Shown one piece after another: positions 40,355 to 58,699 of a stretch of 64,000 bases of DNA (positions are counted from its first letter, which is position 1; every line of letters begins with the position of its first letter). The DNA is taken from contig OZ024751.1 in assembly GCA_964016885.1 (NCBI GenBank), positions 21,142,001 to 21,206,000 on the forward strand, written 5' to 3'. The notes beneath the pieces are model-generated. The model did no database searches. It was not told the DNA's origin and was given only the letters and a program-made list of their open reading frames with translations. The stretch is from Eledone cirrhosa (lineage: Eukaryota). Position numbers and translations under genes: made by a program.

Positions 40355-41119
40355 CTAACCTCTCCTTTCAGACTTTCTTTCTCTCTCTCACTCTCACTTC
40401 TCCTCGTTCTATCAGTCTTTCTCTCCATCACTCCACCTTTCTCTCTCCGTCCCCCTCTCTCTTTACTATCTCTCTCTGTCCCCCTCTCTCCACCTCCTCT
40501 CTTTACGTCAATATCTCCCTCATCTTCTCTTTTTACCCTCACCTTCTCTCTGTCACCCCTCTCTCTCTCCAGTCCACCCCCCCTCTTCTATCCAGTCCAC
40601 CCCACATTCCCATCCCTTACCACCCCACCATTTCACATCAATTCCTGCAATCTAAAAGTTCAACTGAACTCATTTCTGTCACATCGATGCAGTGTGATGT
40701 TGTATGAGTTTGATAGTGTGTGTGTGTGATTGTGTGTGTGTGTTTGATAGTGTGTGTGATGGAGTGTGTGTGTAAAATGTTTGTATATATATGTGTCTGC
40801 ATGTGTGAATGTGCGTGAGCGCATGCGCGTGAATGTGTATATAAATATGCATGCATTTGTTTATGTGTGTGAATGTGTGTCTACATGCATGTAAGACGTT
40901 TGGATATATGTGTGTGCGCTTGTGTATGAATATGTATGTAAGTGTGAGTGCGTATGTGTGGGTACGTGTGTATGTGTGTATGTGTGAATGTGTGCCTACA
41001 TGTGTCTGTGTTTGTGGTGCGTGTGTATGTGTAAGTGTGAGTGCTTGTGTGCGTATGTGTATGTAAGTGTGTGTGTGCTTGTGTGTGAATGAATAATGTA
41101 TGTGACATGTTTGTATCTA

Positions 41120-41385
41120 TGTGAGTGAAGTGTGTGGGTGAAGTGTATGTGTCTGTATGTGTGCGGAGTGTGTGTGTGTATGAAGTGTGTGGGTGAAGTG
41201 TATGTGTCTGTATGTGTGCGGAGTGTGTGTGTGTGTATGAAGTGTGTGGGTGAAGTATATGTGTCTGTATGTGTGCGGAGTGTGTGTGTGTATGAAGTGT
41301 GTGGGTGAAGTATATGTGTCTGTATGTGTGCGGAGTGTGTGTGAAGTGTGTGGGTGAAATGTGTGTCTGTATGTGTGCGTAGTAT
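41120..41385. repeat. GT-rich minisatellite, ~55-57-bp unit
   Basis: tgaagtgtgtgggtgaagt.tatgtgtctgtatgtgtgcggag repeated 4-5 times. Confidence 0.85.
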
Positions 41386-41830
41386 CATGTGTGTGTCTGT
41401 GTAAGTGTGGATCTAGTTGTCTGTGTGTAAATGTGTATGTACGTTGTACGCGTTTATGTAATTCCGTTGTGTGTGTTGTAGTCTGCATGTGAGTATGTAT
41501 GTGATTATGTGTGTGTGTTATATGGTGATGTGTGTGTGTGTATGTGTGTGTGTGTGTGTAAAGTTTGTTCATTGTCCCCAGGAGCCTCATTGAGGAGTTC
41601 ACATATTTTTTACTCGTCACGTAATCTCTCCACCCGCCGCGAGGCCACATTACACAAACATATTGACAAAGACACATACACATATAGACTGAGACTAAGA
41701 ATAAACACACACATACACACATACATACACGCGCGCGCGCGCACATACACACGGCGGCACGTACAACATATATGTGCAACACATCCACAAACATACATAT
41801 ATATATATGTGTGTGTGTGTGCGTGCGTGC

Positions 41831-41924
<94 letters not shown>

Positions 41925-42015
41925 AAATACCAATGATGGTTGGAAAATAACTGACGAAGGAATAATTTTATCATATGTAACCTATGTGCAACCATGCAGT
42001 ATTCTTCTTTCTTCT

Positions 42016-42047
<32 letters not shown>

Positions 42048-42258
42048 CAACAGTTTGACTTAACTTCACACTACCAGCAGTTTCAAAACGGAAAAAACGT
42101 CTAAATCCTCAAGTGGGATTGAGAAGTGGTAAAACAAAATGGAGTGCGAGGCTAAATCAAACTTAATATCAATACTTAACTTTCACAATATTGCGGTAAT
42201 TGCGCTTTTCAACACACACACACACGCACACACGCACACCACACACACACACGCACAC

Positions 42259-42321
<63 letters not shown>

Positions 42322-42332
42322 GCGCACGCACA

Positions 42333-42406
<74 letters not shown>

Positions 42407-43093
42407 TATATATGTATATAATATTAGTTAATAGAATAACAAGGCCCATTTGTTGATTTTCAATTATACATTTATAGTTTTCTGAGATTCTCTTACACGT
42501 GTTTCAATACATTAAGAAACTGACGGCCTGTGAAATCTGTACTATTATATAATGCATTATTTTCCACTAACGTTATTGTTCTAATGCATTTCATCAGAGA
42601 GGCTTCGGGAGAAAAACGAACGTGAAGTTGCCTACATAAAAGGGATATCCATATTTTTTCCCATATATTTCTTTCTGTCTTTCTTCTTATAGCTGACATT
42701 AACCCTGACTTCTCTTCTTCTTCCTTTCTTCCTTCCCCCTTCTTCTCTCTTCTTTCTTTCTTTCTTTTTTCTTGTGGCATGATATTAACGCTGACTTATG
42801 TTCCTATTCTTTTCTGTTTTCCTTTATTTGACCGGTAGTAGCACACTGTAAGCTTTAGCCACGTCACTTGAGGGCGACCGGCAAAGGTGGAAGATGCTGG
42901 ATGGCGGTCGTCCTCGGGTCTTGATTTTCAGCCATGGATTTTATCTATTACATTCACTTATGATATTTCGAATACCTGATGATATCACTGGATTCATACA
43001 GAACCCGGTCATTGAAATGATCATAGTAAAATAAACCTTTCAAGGATTTACACAAGTCCAGCCTCCTGTCATTTCATTATAATATATATATAT

Positions 43094-43390
43094 GGTACTT
43101 GATTTTATCGACACCCGTAAGGATGAAAGGCAAAGTTAATCTTGGCGGGAATTGAACTCAGATCGTAAAGGGACGTAACTATGGTGGAAAGCATATCCGA
43201 CCCTCTACCGATACTGCCAATAATATAATACTTTGTATTATCCTACAAAATAGGATATGAGAATTCTCATATCCTATTTTATATATATATAATAGGTTAA
43301 CTTTGCCTTTCATCCTTACGGGGTCGATAAAATAAAGTACCAGTAATGTACTGGGATAATTGCTGGCCTTGTGCAAAAGTAGAAACAATT
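43094..43390. mobile_element. Two partial S1 SINEs in opposite orientation (43094-43220 -, 43294-43390 +)
   Basis: S1 matches. Confidence 0.8.
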
Positions 43391-43768
43391 ATATTAATAT
43401 TAATGAATTTAAACAAAATAAAATGTCTGTAAACAATGCAGTTTTTCTGAAAATTTGTTTCGTTTCGACATTCTGCCAATCAGACGAAACCGCATTTCCT
43501 TGCTAAACACCCGCTAGGTGAACAGGTTCCTCTCTAAATAATTATATATATGATGTTTCCTTCGGAGATGTTAAGAATAGCTGGTTGAATAAGAATTATA
43601 TACTATCTCAAATCATTTGGCTTCATGTAATATCTATTTAAATTATAGTATGATATATCTAGAAGGATAGTCAGATAAATATATTGTTCAACAATTTCGT
43701 ATCTAAATCAGCAATATATATATATATATAGTATATATATATATATATATATATAGTATATATATATA

Positions 43769-43865
<97 letters not shown>

Positions 43866-44045
43866 TATATATATATATATAATAGAAAACGAATAATCAG
43901 TGATGTATCTGAACTCAATTTATTGTGTGTTACAATTGTTTCGCCGGCGGACAATTTCGTTTTCTATTCTTTCATACTCTGCTCTGTAAGAGCATAGAGT
44001 GCTCAACCGGCATACCGCCTATGGAAGCATCTTAGCTTACCATCA

Positions 44046-44928
<883 letters not shown>

Positions 44929-45242
44929 TATAGCTTTGTAACATTTTGGTGAAAAAAAAGATACTTCATATTCCGTTAATACACATACTAGTCTGTGTGT
45001 ATATATATATAGTAGTAATAATAATAAATTTGAAGACTAAAATAAACCGAGAGAGCCGAGGGAGCCGGTCTTTGCCAGGGAACGTTTCCACGATCCAAAG
45101 TATCGTCTTCCTGTCTTCCTCCGGTTGCAACGTTTTTCGAAATATTTACTTCTGCGTTCACAGATTGATATTTTTAGTTTCAGAAGATCCCGTTAAGGGT
45201 GAAAGCAGCGATTCTTTGCTTAAACTTTAATCTGTTATTTTA

Positions 45243-45329
<87 letters not shown>

Positions 45330-45418
45330 ACCCGTATTTTACGAACGGAATATGAAGTATGCTTTATTTATAATCTGCTCACATATTGATACACACTGAG
45401 AATCCACCTAAATATATA

Positions 45419-45539
<121 letters not shown>

Positions 45540-45793
45540 TATATATATATATATATATATATATTATGTGTGTGTGTGTGTGTGTGTGTATATGTTTCCG
45601 AAGAAGACGGTCTGATGAAGTCTGATAGTTACAGTTATCTAACTGCTATAGATCAGTCTATATGTCAATAAGATAAACCCTCCGAAACGATCGTAAAATA
45701 ATGATGTGAATAGGTAAAATAACTTGACTTTGTTGTTATTATTTTCATTGTTATATTAATATCGTATATATATATATATATATAATATATATA

Positions 45794-45837
<44 letters not shown>

Positions 45838-45872
45838 GTATATATATACATACATGCACACATATATATATA

Positions 45873-46082
45873 TGTACGTATGGGTTTACCGAAACATTTA
45901 TTATAATGCTCGGTTTGTTTGTAAACAAACAGCCCGAATTACGCCGTACAGTGTTCAGGCAACCATCGTCACCTTTTTGTTCAACACTGACACAGGCACG
46001 ATGTACTAGTTTCAAGCTTATTAGCTATCGTCCGCATCGTCAGATGGTTGAACGTCTGAAAGTATATACTTTCCTTATGCAT
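45873..46082 (-). mobile_element. Family G element with hammerhead motif 45998-46040
   Basis: Reverse complement reads acgatg-CGGACGA-tagctaataagctt-GAAA-ctag-TA-catcgt. Stem I covaries with the 15325 copy. Flanked by (TA)n. Confidence 0.7.
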
Positions 46083-46188
46083 ATATATATATATATATAT
46101 ATATATTTAACCCGTATTTTACGAACGAATATGAAGTATGCTTTATTTATAATCTGCTCACATATTGATACACACTGAGAATCCACCT

Positions 46189-46228
<40 letters not shown>

Positions 46229-46789
46229 GATAAGAAACGAAAGGAGCTGTGTGGTTACTAAAAACAAGGTTTAGGATATTGGTTTGGACGGAACAAGAGG
46301 AGAAAAGAAGAAAGAATCCTTCGTCAGCTGCCGTGATCCAGATGTTTTGGCGCTTATTTACAGGACATCTGTAGCGATCCGCGGAGCGCCATAGACTTTT
46401 TCTTAATCTAAAGGCCAGAAGGAAAGAAGAGAAAAAGGAAGGAAAAAGAAGGAAAAGAGGAAGAAGAACAAAGGGTGGTGAGGAGAGAGGAAGGGAGAAA
46501 AAACAGGTGAACAGATCCAATCGTTGGGAGACACAGGACAAAGGATCATGCAAGTGAGTAACCGTGAAAAAAAGTAAGTTATAGCAAACCTTGTAGACAT
46601 AAGCCTGGTAGGATGCGCTAACGAGAGGATGGTGTTAGCGTGTCGACTCCATCGTAGAGAGAGAGAGAGACGAGCAGCCAGAATTGAGAGAGAGGAGAAG
46701 GAAAGGGAGATAATCCAAAAGGGGTTTTACGACAGCTGTAAAACGTGTTGTAAAAGATTGCGAACAGAGAAGTTTTTACGACACGTGTA

Positions 46790-46829
<40 letters not shown>

Positions 46830-47211
46830 CCCGTCAAACTTGGGCGAAATTCTTTCCTTGCTCACATTTCAACCAGGTTTGATGGTCTTTTGTCTCTTGT
46901 TCACGATTTCACCGAGTTTATATTCATAGAGATCTGGGACTTGTCTATTTCTTCTCACTTTCCGTTGCTTAAACTTTTTTGTTGTTACCCTGGCGTCCCC
47001 TTTGTTTACGTGTCCCAACGACTTTTTTTAGCCGTTGTTCGCACCAACCTGAGGCATATGGCCCTTAAAGCGATGAAATGCCTAGGACGGTTGGAGGGTC
47101 ACTGATGAAGGACTCACTTTTTCATATATATATATATATATATATAACGAAGGAGGTATGGTAAGGAACCAGATGGACCATATTTCCTATATATATATAT
47201 ATATATATATA

Positions 47212-47372
47212 CGTATATACGTTATTCCGGGTTGAATCGGAGGTAACCACAGTAAGTAAGGTACTCAATACATAGCAGAGTATAACAGTTTTAATATAGA
47301 AGAGATTCTACAGGACTAGAACTGTTTCATTCATTAATGAAACAGTTCTAGTCCTGTAGAATCTCTTCTATA
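47212..47372 (-). mobile_element. Family B fold-back element, apex inside ribozyme stem II
   Basis: Tail plus arms tagaagagattctacaggactagaactgtttcatt / aatgaaacagttctagtcctgtagaatctcttcta. Confidence 0.8.
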
Positions 47373-47377
47373 TATAC

Positions 47378-47436
<59 letters not shown>

Positions 47437-47514
47437 AAAATGCGAAGTAGTTTCAGATGTTAAAGTGTGTTGTGTGCTTGAATTGAATTGCATCAATGAT
47501 TACCTTGAGTATAT

Positions 47515-47677
47515 ATAGGAAAAAGTATGACCCCGACGGCAGAGCTCAAGCCGTTTCGACGGCTATTTCTGGACTCCCGTCGGGGTCATACTTTTTCCTA
47601 TTACCCACTCTACTACGCTAAGTATTGAGTACTCTGGTGCGTTATGGTCCATCTGGTTCCTTACCACAACTCCTTCG
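47515..47677 (+). mobile_element. Family A element (internally deleted second arm)
   Basis: Arm to ctggact, then ccgtcggggtcatac... plus tail. Confidence 0.8.
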
Positions 47678-47736
47678 TACACACGCACACACGCATATAT
47701 ATATATATATATATGTAAATATATGTATATACGTGG

Positions 47737-47822
<86 letters not shown>

Positions 47823-48280
47823 AAATACGAATCTTAATCCTAACCTGGCACGAAAGAAGATATTTTATTGCATTCTAAATAATAGTAGCACTTATGTTAG
47901 AAAGATTGTATTGAAATTCACCGTTCGCATGACTGACTGTGGGACAAAATACAATCCTATTGTTTTGATATAGATTACATGAAGCCGTGTGTTATACTGT
48001 AGCATATCTATTTCATCCATTTTTATTATTCGCTGACGTCTCTAGCGGTTGACAAGACGCTAGAGAATGCCAATATGTCTGATTGGCGCAAACTTTGACA
48101 AACTGTTACTGTTACTAACATTAAAATATTTATAAATTTGTCAGCCTACCTTCGGCTATCGCTAAGGAAAGCTAATATTCCGGATATCATATGACAGCTC
48201 AGCGGTTGAACTTTTAACGTGAAACATAAAAATGAATAGAGCTATGTTTTATGTAACTGCATATTGTTTTGAGCTTTTAA

Positions 48281-48362
<82 letters not shown>

Positions 48363-48367
<5 letters not shown>

Positions 48368-48493
48368 CCGTCGAAACGGCTTGAGCTCAGCTGTCGGGGT
48401 CTTACTGGTTCCTATTACCCACTCTACTACCTCAAGTATTGAGTACTTTGGTGCGTTATGGTCCACCTGGTTCCTTACCACATTTCCTTCGTT
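48363..48493 (+). mobile_element. Family A element without inverted arm
   Basis: attagccgtcgaaacggc...cttcgtt between (TA)n and (TATC)n. Confidence 0.8.
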
Positions 48494-48494
48494 A

Positions 48495-48551
<57 letters not shown>

Positions 48552-48582
48552 CCTTAGGTATGTATATATATATATATATATA

Positions 48583-48798
48583 AATATGGAGAAGAAGTTT
48601 ATGAAATGGAAATGCGGGTATAAAGAATTTACTAACCTAATAAATTCTTTACACCCGCATTTCCATTTCATAAACTTCTTCTCCATATTTTCTCCGGATT
48701 TTAAAACACACTTTATTATACGTTGAGCAATCTCTGACGTCGGTTGACCCCATCCAATGCAACTACTTAGTAACATTGGAATACAAATTTACTAATTT
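48583..48798 (+). mobile_element. Unassigned fold-back (~48-bp arms) plus tail between (TA)n tracts
   Basis: aaatatggagaagaagtttatg...aaagaattta / taaattcttt...cttctccatattt, then ~110-bp unique tail. Confidence 0.6.
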
Positions 48799-48816
48799 AT
48801 ATATATATATATATAT

Positions 48817-49014
48817 AGTTTTAATATAGATGAGATTCTACAGGACTAGAACTGTTTCATTCTTTAGAAATCATCAGGAATCTCTGATGATTTCTAAAGA
48901 ATGAAACAGTTCTAGTCCTGTAGAATCTCATCTATATTAAAACTGTTATACTCTGCAATGTATTGAGTACCCATTTAACTGTGGTTACCCCACAACACAG
49001 ATCTGGAATCTAGG
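48817..49014 (+). mobile_element. Family B fold-back element
   Basis: Arms 48817-48877 and 48884-48944, tail with tactctgcaatgtattgagtac, (TA)n flanks. Confidence 0.85.
48833..48883 (-). ncRNA. Type I hammerhead ribozyme (family B)
   Basis: Reverse complement reads agattc-CTGATGA-t.ttc taaa gaa.t-GAAA-cag ttctagtc ctg-TA-gaatct. Compensatory stem I change relative to 2998-3048. Confidence 0.8.
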
Positions 49015-49183
49015 TATTATATATATACTATATATATATACATATATTTATATATACATATACATATATATATATATATATAAGGGATAACAAAATAGCA
49101 TTATAGGTAAATAAAGACTGTAAATAAATCCATTTTTTTGTACTGTTGACAATGTTATTCTTCACTTTTTCAATTATCCCTCT

Positions 49184-49330
<147 letters not shown>

Positions 49331-49527
49331 ATATATATATATGTATATATAAATAAATATATATATATATCCGCATGTACCTGTTTGTTTCTCTATATAT
49401 TGTTTATATATATATATATATATTTGTATATATATATATATATATATATATATACAAATCAACCTCCCAAATGCAAGGTGATTGAAAGGTATGTCGTATC
49501 TATTTATTTATAAGACTGTTTATATTG

Positions 49528-49593
49528 TATTTTGTCTGAAGAAGGCATAACATATTGTTAATATGATATCCCTGAAATATATATAACGAAATA
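49528..49593 (+). ncRNA. Minimal type I hammerhead ribozyme (family C) in element ~49460-49722
   Basis: tattttgt-CTGAAGA-agg...cct-GAAA-tatata-TA-acgaaata. Compensatory changes in stems I and II relative to the 3980 and 8734 copies. Confidence 0.8.
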
Positions 49594-49721
49594 AATATGG
49601 TTTTATAAATATAGTTTCCATTTATTTAATATCATAAATATACTCCAAATACTTGTTGAGTGCTTTTATATCAGTTATAAATATTTACTCGTTGTTAACC
49701 CAACAATTTAAATATAACTTT

Positions 49722-49816
<95 letters not shown>

Positions 49817-50174
49817 ACCATTCCACCATACCAGGCTAAGTACCATTCGAATTTAACAGCTTACTACACTTTAGGTGTTTTTATTAACAGTAACAACAAC
49901 AACTACAAAGAAAAGATTAGGCAGAATTCTAAAACTAATTAGATATTTAAAGGGAAACTTTTCCGTTTACTAATATTTCTTAGATTCTCGGAAGAGATAG
50001 AAAAGATGTGACAGAATATACCAAACGCGATTCAGGATATCACGAGAAAGGGAAAGCATTTTTCCTTTTCACTTTTTCTTTTTCTTCACCTTTCTCTCTA
50101 TCTTTTTTTTCCTCCACAGATACATACACACACATATACATATACACACATAAACATATATGTACATATACATA

Positions 50175-50281
<107 letters not shown>

Positions 50282-50323
50282 GTATGTATATGAACATATA
50301 CACACATACGCATATATCTACAT

Positions 50324-50374
<51 letters not shown>

Positions 50375-50470
50375 CAGATACACTTGCAGACAATCTTCTG
50401 ATAGATAAACAGGTAAATGTATAAAAACAACAAACACGAAATACTTTCGAAGTTTCAAGTCAAACTATGT

Positions 50471-50568
<98 letters not shown>

Positions 50569-50590
50569 TAAACATATATAAATATATATA

Positions 50591-50626
<36 letters not shown>

Positions 50627-50776
50627 TGTATGTATGTATGTATGTATGTATGTATGTATGTATGTATATGTGTGTGTATGTATTTATGTATGTATTTATG
50701 TATTTATGTATTTATGTATGTATGTATGTGTGTATGTATTTATGTATGTATTTATGTATTTATGTATGTATGTGTG

Positions 50777-50820
<44 letters not shown>

Positions 50821-51397
50821 ATATATATATATATGTTCACACATACATACATACATACATACATACATACATACAAACATATACACATACATACATACAT
50901 ACATACATACATACATACATACATACATACATACAAACATATACACATACATACATACATACACACACACATACATACATACATACATACATACAAACAT
51001 ATACACATACATACATACATACATACACACATACATACATACATACATACATACATACATACATACATACATACATACATACATACATACAAACATATAC
51101 ACATACATACATACATACCCACATACATACATACATACATACATACATACATACATACATACATACATACATACATACATACATACATACATACATACAT
51201 GTTCCCAGTATGTTTATAAAAGGAGAAAACACACAAAAGACATCAACATTTCTGAAATGTTATTCTTTCCATTTTTTACTCTTATGTAATTATTTACACA
51301 ACTGTGCAGAGACCAACTGAACTCCTGCACATGCATATACATACACTCTCTGTATTATATGTACATATGTATATATATATATATGTGTGTGTATCTC

Positions 51398-51445
<48 letters not shown>

Positions 51446-51466
51446 CATATATACATATAAATATAT

Positions 51467-51526
<60 letters not shown>

Positions 51527-51625
51527 GTATATATATATGTATATATATATACGTATAAATATATATATATATGTATATGTATATGTATATATATGTATAT
51601 ATATATATGCATATATATATGTATA

Positions 51626-51657
<32 letters not shown>

Positions 51658-51727
51658 AATATATACATATATATATACATATATATATATTATATATATA
51701 TATACATATAAACATATATATATGTAT

Positions 51728-51760
<33 letters not shown>

Positions 51761-51777
51761 TACATACAAACATACAA

Positions 51778-52660
<883 letters not shown>

Positions 52661-52700
52661 CGTCATCAACACATTATCATCAACAAAAAGATTATTTTTA

Positions 52701-52918
52701 TGGTGGATTGTCAATATCGGTAGAGCGTCAGACACCATAGTTTGCAGCATAGAGTCATGGTCCTTTACGTTCTGAATTCAAATCCCGCCGAGGTTAACTT
52801 TGCCTTTCATCCTTACGGTGTCGATAAAATAAAGTACCAGTAACGCACTGGGGTCGATTTAATCGACTTTCTCCCGCCCCTTTAAATTGCTGGCCTTGTG
52901 CCTAAAGTAGAAACAATT
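52701..52918 (+). mobile_element. S1 SINE, long form
   Basis: Carries an extra internal segment gggtcgatttaatcgactttctcccgcccctttaa absent from the other copies. Confidence 0.85.
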
Positions 52919-53643
52919 ATTATTATTATTATAATTGGGGGATGGTGGTTTGGGAGTATTGGTATCCTTTGGGGCATAAAGTTACGGCCCTTCACCTTCT
53001 GCGTTCAAATCCGACTCAGGTACAAAGCCAATAAGTTTTGGAGAGGGGAAAATCGATTAACCCTTTAGCATTTACATTTCTCTCTATATACTATTGTATT
53101 TTTGTGGTAAAGCCGTTATCTTACATAATTATCTCACATAATATCGAATCTACAAGATTTTGATGTTATTTATTTTGAGAACAATAACTTAACATAAGTA
53201 TGAGGGGCTAATTACAGTCGGTGTGAACAGAAAAAGGTTAGAGAATTCTGGCCGGATATGGCCGGTTTAAATGCTAAAGAGTTAAATCGACCCCATTAAA
53301 TTACAGGTACTTTACTTTACAGATCCCGTAAGGATGAAAGGCAAAGCTAATGTCGACGGAATTTGAACTCACAACGGAAAGGGATGTTACTCTGTGGAAG
53401 AAGAAGAAGAAGAGAAGAAGAAGAAGAAGAAGAAGAAGAAGAAGAAGAAGAAGAAGAAGAAGAAGAAGAAGAAGAAGAAGAAGAAGAAGAAAATAATGAT
53501 GATAACGTATTAAATCTACACTCTTCACTTATTTTCTTCTTTGTGTTGTTTATCACCACTCTAACTTCTTCATCTGCCATATATTATACATACACACACA
53601 CCTATACACACACACGCACACACACGCACACACACACACACAC

Positions 53644-53683
<40 letters not shown>

Positions 53684-53702
53684 ACACCCACACACACACA
53701 CA

Positions 53703-53771
<69 letters not shown>

Positions 53772-54011
53772 TTATACATACGGAGTGTGAAAGCTAATTT
53801 CCATTAGAGTCACGCCATTGTAATCCCGAAGAACTAAAGGAAGACCTAGTGTTTTACTTGGAACCAGAAACATGTTATACACTTCTAGATTTGAACTTTA
53901 TGATAACTTCAATGATATTGTCAATGGGTTTCGGTTCAATGATTATACAGTTGACTGAATTCTAATTGATCTTTCACTATTATTTAATAAGAGAGAGGAG
54001 CTTATATACAG

Positions 54012-54177
<166 letters not shown>

Positions 54178-54178
54178 G

Positions 54179-54292
<114 letters not shown>

Positions 54293-54488
54293 CAGTTCTA
54301 GCCATGTATAAGAAATTTCTACATGAAATATATATGTACTTCTCTGCTAAGGTATTGCATATCTTATTTCCTTGTTTTTTCTTTTACCTTCCTCTTCAAA
54401 GAACCATTCTTAATGAATATATATATATATATATATATAGTAATAACAATAATAATAATAATAATAATAATAATAGTAATAATAATAA

Positions 54489-55347
<859 letters not shown>

Positions 55348-56221
55348 TCAGAAAGAGAAAGAGAGATCGAGAGTTAATGTTCATTCGATAAAACTTTTTC
55401 CTGTTTCTAATAACAATATTTTTCTCACAAAGCTATCAATTCTACCTACAATTGCTACATATACTGTGTCATGTAAAAAAAAAAATGTTTTCAATTTTGT
55501 GATCAGCTATAAACCACGAAATTCACAATAACATCAGAGGGTAATCTTAGGGATATATTTTTAAATGTTCCTACTTTGATAGAGAACAATTTCCCTCATA
55601 TAGGGAAATGTGCACAAACACACACACACGCACACGCAACACACAAACACACACCACCCACACCCACACCCATACCCACACCCACCCCCACACCCACACC
55701 CACACCCACACCCACACCCACACACACACACAAACACGCACAAACACACACACAAACACACGCACACGCACAAACACACACACACACACACACGCACACG
55801 CACAAACATACACACGCACAAACACAAACACACACAAACACACACAAACACACAAACACACACATGCACATACACATGCATATATATATATATATATATA
55901 TAACGGCCGCAAAGCAACTCAACCTCTATATTGAAGAAAATATATAAAAATATATAAATATATGTGTATGCATGTATGTATATATATATATATATTTATC
56001 ACAGCATTATTATTAAAGGACTTTATTATTAAAGTACCAGTAATGCACTGGGTAATTGCTGGCCTTGTGCCTAAAGTAGAAACAATTATTATTAAAGGAC
56101 TTGAACATCTGAAACTACTTCGCTTTTACTTATTCGATATTTACTCCGTCACTCCTATGTGGAAAAAGTACGTTGAGTGCTTGAGTTGAATTGCATCAAT
56201 GTTTACCCTTATATGTATATA

Positions 56222-56318
<97 letters not shown>

Positions 56319-56919
56319 GTCAGGTCACCAGTTGGTGCTACTGGTAACATGTATCCCAGTACAACCTGTCCCATGGTCGGGTCGTCGGCGACTAAACTGG
56401 CAACCCCACCAAGGTTTCTTGGTGAGGAGGGTGACTTTGGACATCCTGCAGGACTAAAAACAAAACCTGTCAAAGGGCAAAGGAGCTCTTAAGAGCTATA
56501 TATATGTGTATATGTGTATATGTATATGTATGTGTGTGTGTATATGTGTGTATGTGTATGTATATGTGTATGTATATGTATGTGTATATGTGTGTATGTA
56601 TATATATATGTATGTGTATATATATATGTATGTGTGTGTGTATGTATATGTATATGTATGTATACGTGCATGTATATATATGTGTATGTATGTGTGTATA
56701 TGTATGTATATGTGTATGTATATATATATGTGTATGTATGTATGTATGTATGTATATGTATGTGTATATATGTGTATATGTATATATATATGTATGTATG
56801 TATGTATGTGTATGTATGTGTATATGTGTGTGTATGTATGTATGTATATATATATATATATATGTGTCAGGTCACCAGTTGGTGCTACTGGTAACATGTA
56901 TCCCAGTACAACCTGTGCC

Positions 56920-57612
56920 ATATCATCTTGGTTAAGAGAGTGGGACTGGCTTTGTGCAGTGCCTTTGCTCACTATAAAAGCTTCACGGCACAGGCATTGC
57001 TTTATATCTGGAGATCTCTCTGCACTTGTCATCACATGGTACCATGGGCCCAGCACTATGTGTCAATAATTGTCACAAGTGTAGTGTTTGTACCAGAGTT
57101 TTCAAGTCGCTGGCTGGACTAAAAAGTCACACTCGTTCAGCGCATCGGTAGGGGTTCTCCTACATGGATATAAAGTAGTGGCCGTACTCGAAAACGAGTT
57201 GGCAGCCACCATATATATTTATACATGATGACCCCCTAGCCTTTGTCAAGGCAGAATTCTAGGAGAAGGAAAACTCTGATATAACACCTGCAACCCTGAT
57301 GGTATCCAATGATGTTGACTTGTTCTTCTTTTTGGTAAATATCATCTTGGTTAAGAGAGTGGGACTGGCTTTGTGCAGTGCCTTTGCTCACTATAAAAGC
57401 TTCACGGCACAGGCATTGCTTTATATCTGGAGATCTCTCTGCACTTGTCGTCACATGGTACCATGGGCCCAGCACTATGTGGCAATAATTGTCACAGGTG
57501 TAGTGTTTGTAGTGTTTTCAGGTCGCTTGGTATACTCCAATCCTACAAACTGTAGAGTGCTACTTATCCGATATCTGCATTGCTTTATTGTACTACAATA
57601 AAACTCACCTCC

Positions 57613-57616
<4 letters not shown>
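56920..57616 (+). repeat. Family I element end with partial tandem duplication
   Basis: ~56920-57110 is repeated at ~57338-57527. Tail tactccaatcctacaaactgtagagtgc...ctcacctcctac also at ~18720-18802 and ~30970-31013, each ending at (TA)n. Confidence 0.7.
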
Positions 57617-57690
<74 letters not shown>

Positions 57691-57742
57691 TGTATATATA
57701 TATGTAAATATATATATATATATATGAGCGTGAAGCCAACAG

Positions 57743-57815
<73 letters not shown>

Positions 57816-57857
57816 CATATATATATACATATATATATATATATATTATATATATAT

Positions 57858-57973
57858 AACGAAGGAAATGTGGTAAGGAACCAGGTGGACCATAACGCAC
57901 CAAAGTACTCAATACTCAGTCCAGAATTAGCCGTCGAAACGGCTTGAGCTCAGCTGTCGGGGTCTTACGGGTT

Positions 57974-57978
<5 letters not shown>
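57858..57978 (-). mobile_element. Family A element (deleted)
   Basis: Tail joined directly to agtccagaattagccgtcgaaac...gttcctat. Confidence 0.8.
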
Positions 57979-58020
<42 letters not shown>

Positions 58021-58022
58021 GT

Positions 58023-58078
<56 letters not shown>

Positions 58079-58117
58079 TACTGTTGGCTTCACGCTCACA
58101 ATAAATTCTATACTTTC

Positions 58118-58163
<46 letters not shown>

Positions 58164-58484
58164 TTCGAGTGTAATGGTGCTTCTGAATTCAACAATTCAA
58201 CAGAGGAAGTATGTCTCTTGTTACTGCTTTAAGGGAATACAGGGTTGGTGGAAATGGTAAAGTCATGCAGACATTCCTCTTCACACGAATTGGCTGCAAA
58301 TGGCAAGTGATGGATGGTAAATCTTTCTAATGGGATTATTCCATCATTCAACATTCCTGTTTACCATAGGCGTGGCGTGGGTCCAGAGGGGTGGAGTGGC
58401 GTGGCGTGATGAGAGGGTGGTTCGGTTCTTGATGGAGGTGCTGCTGTTATATGTGCTATACTGCTGATGTTTCTGACATTGTGG

Positions 58485-58522
<38 letters not shown>

Positions 58523-58592
58523 CTATATATATATATATGTATAACCATATATATATATATGTATAACCATATATATATATATATATGTATAA

Positions 58593-58670
<78 letters not shown>

Positions 58671-58699
58671 ATTGTTGGTGGCGTAAATTGTTATTGTTG

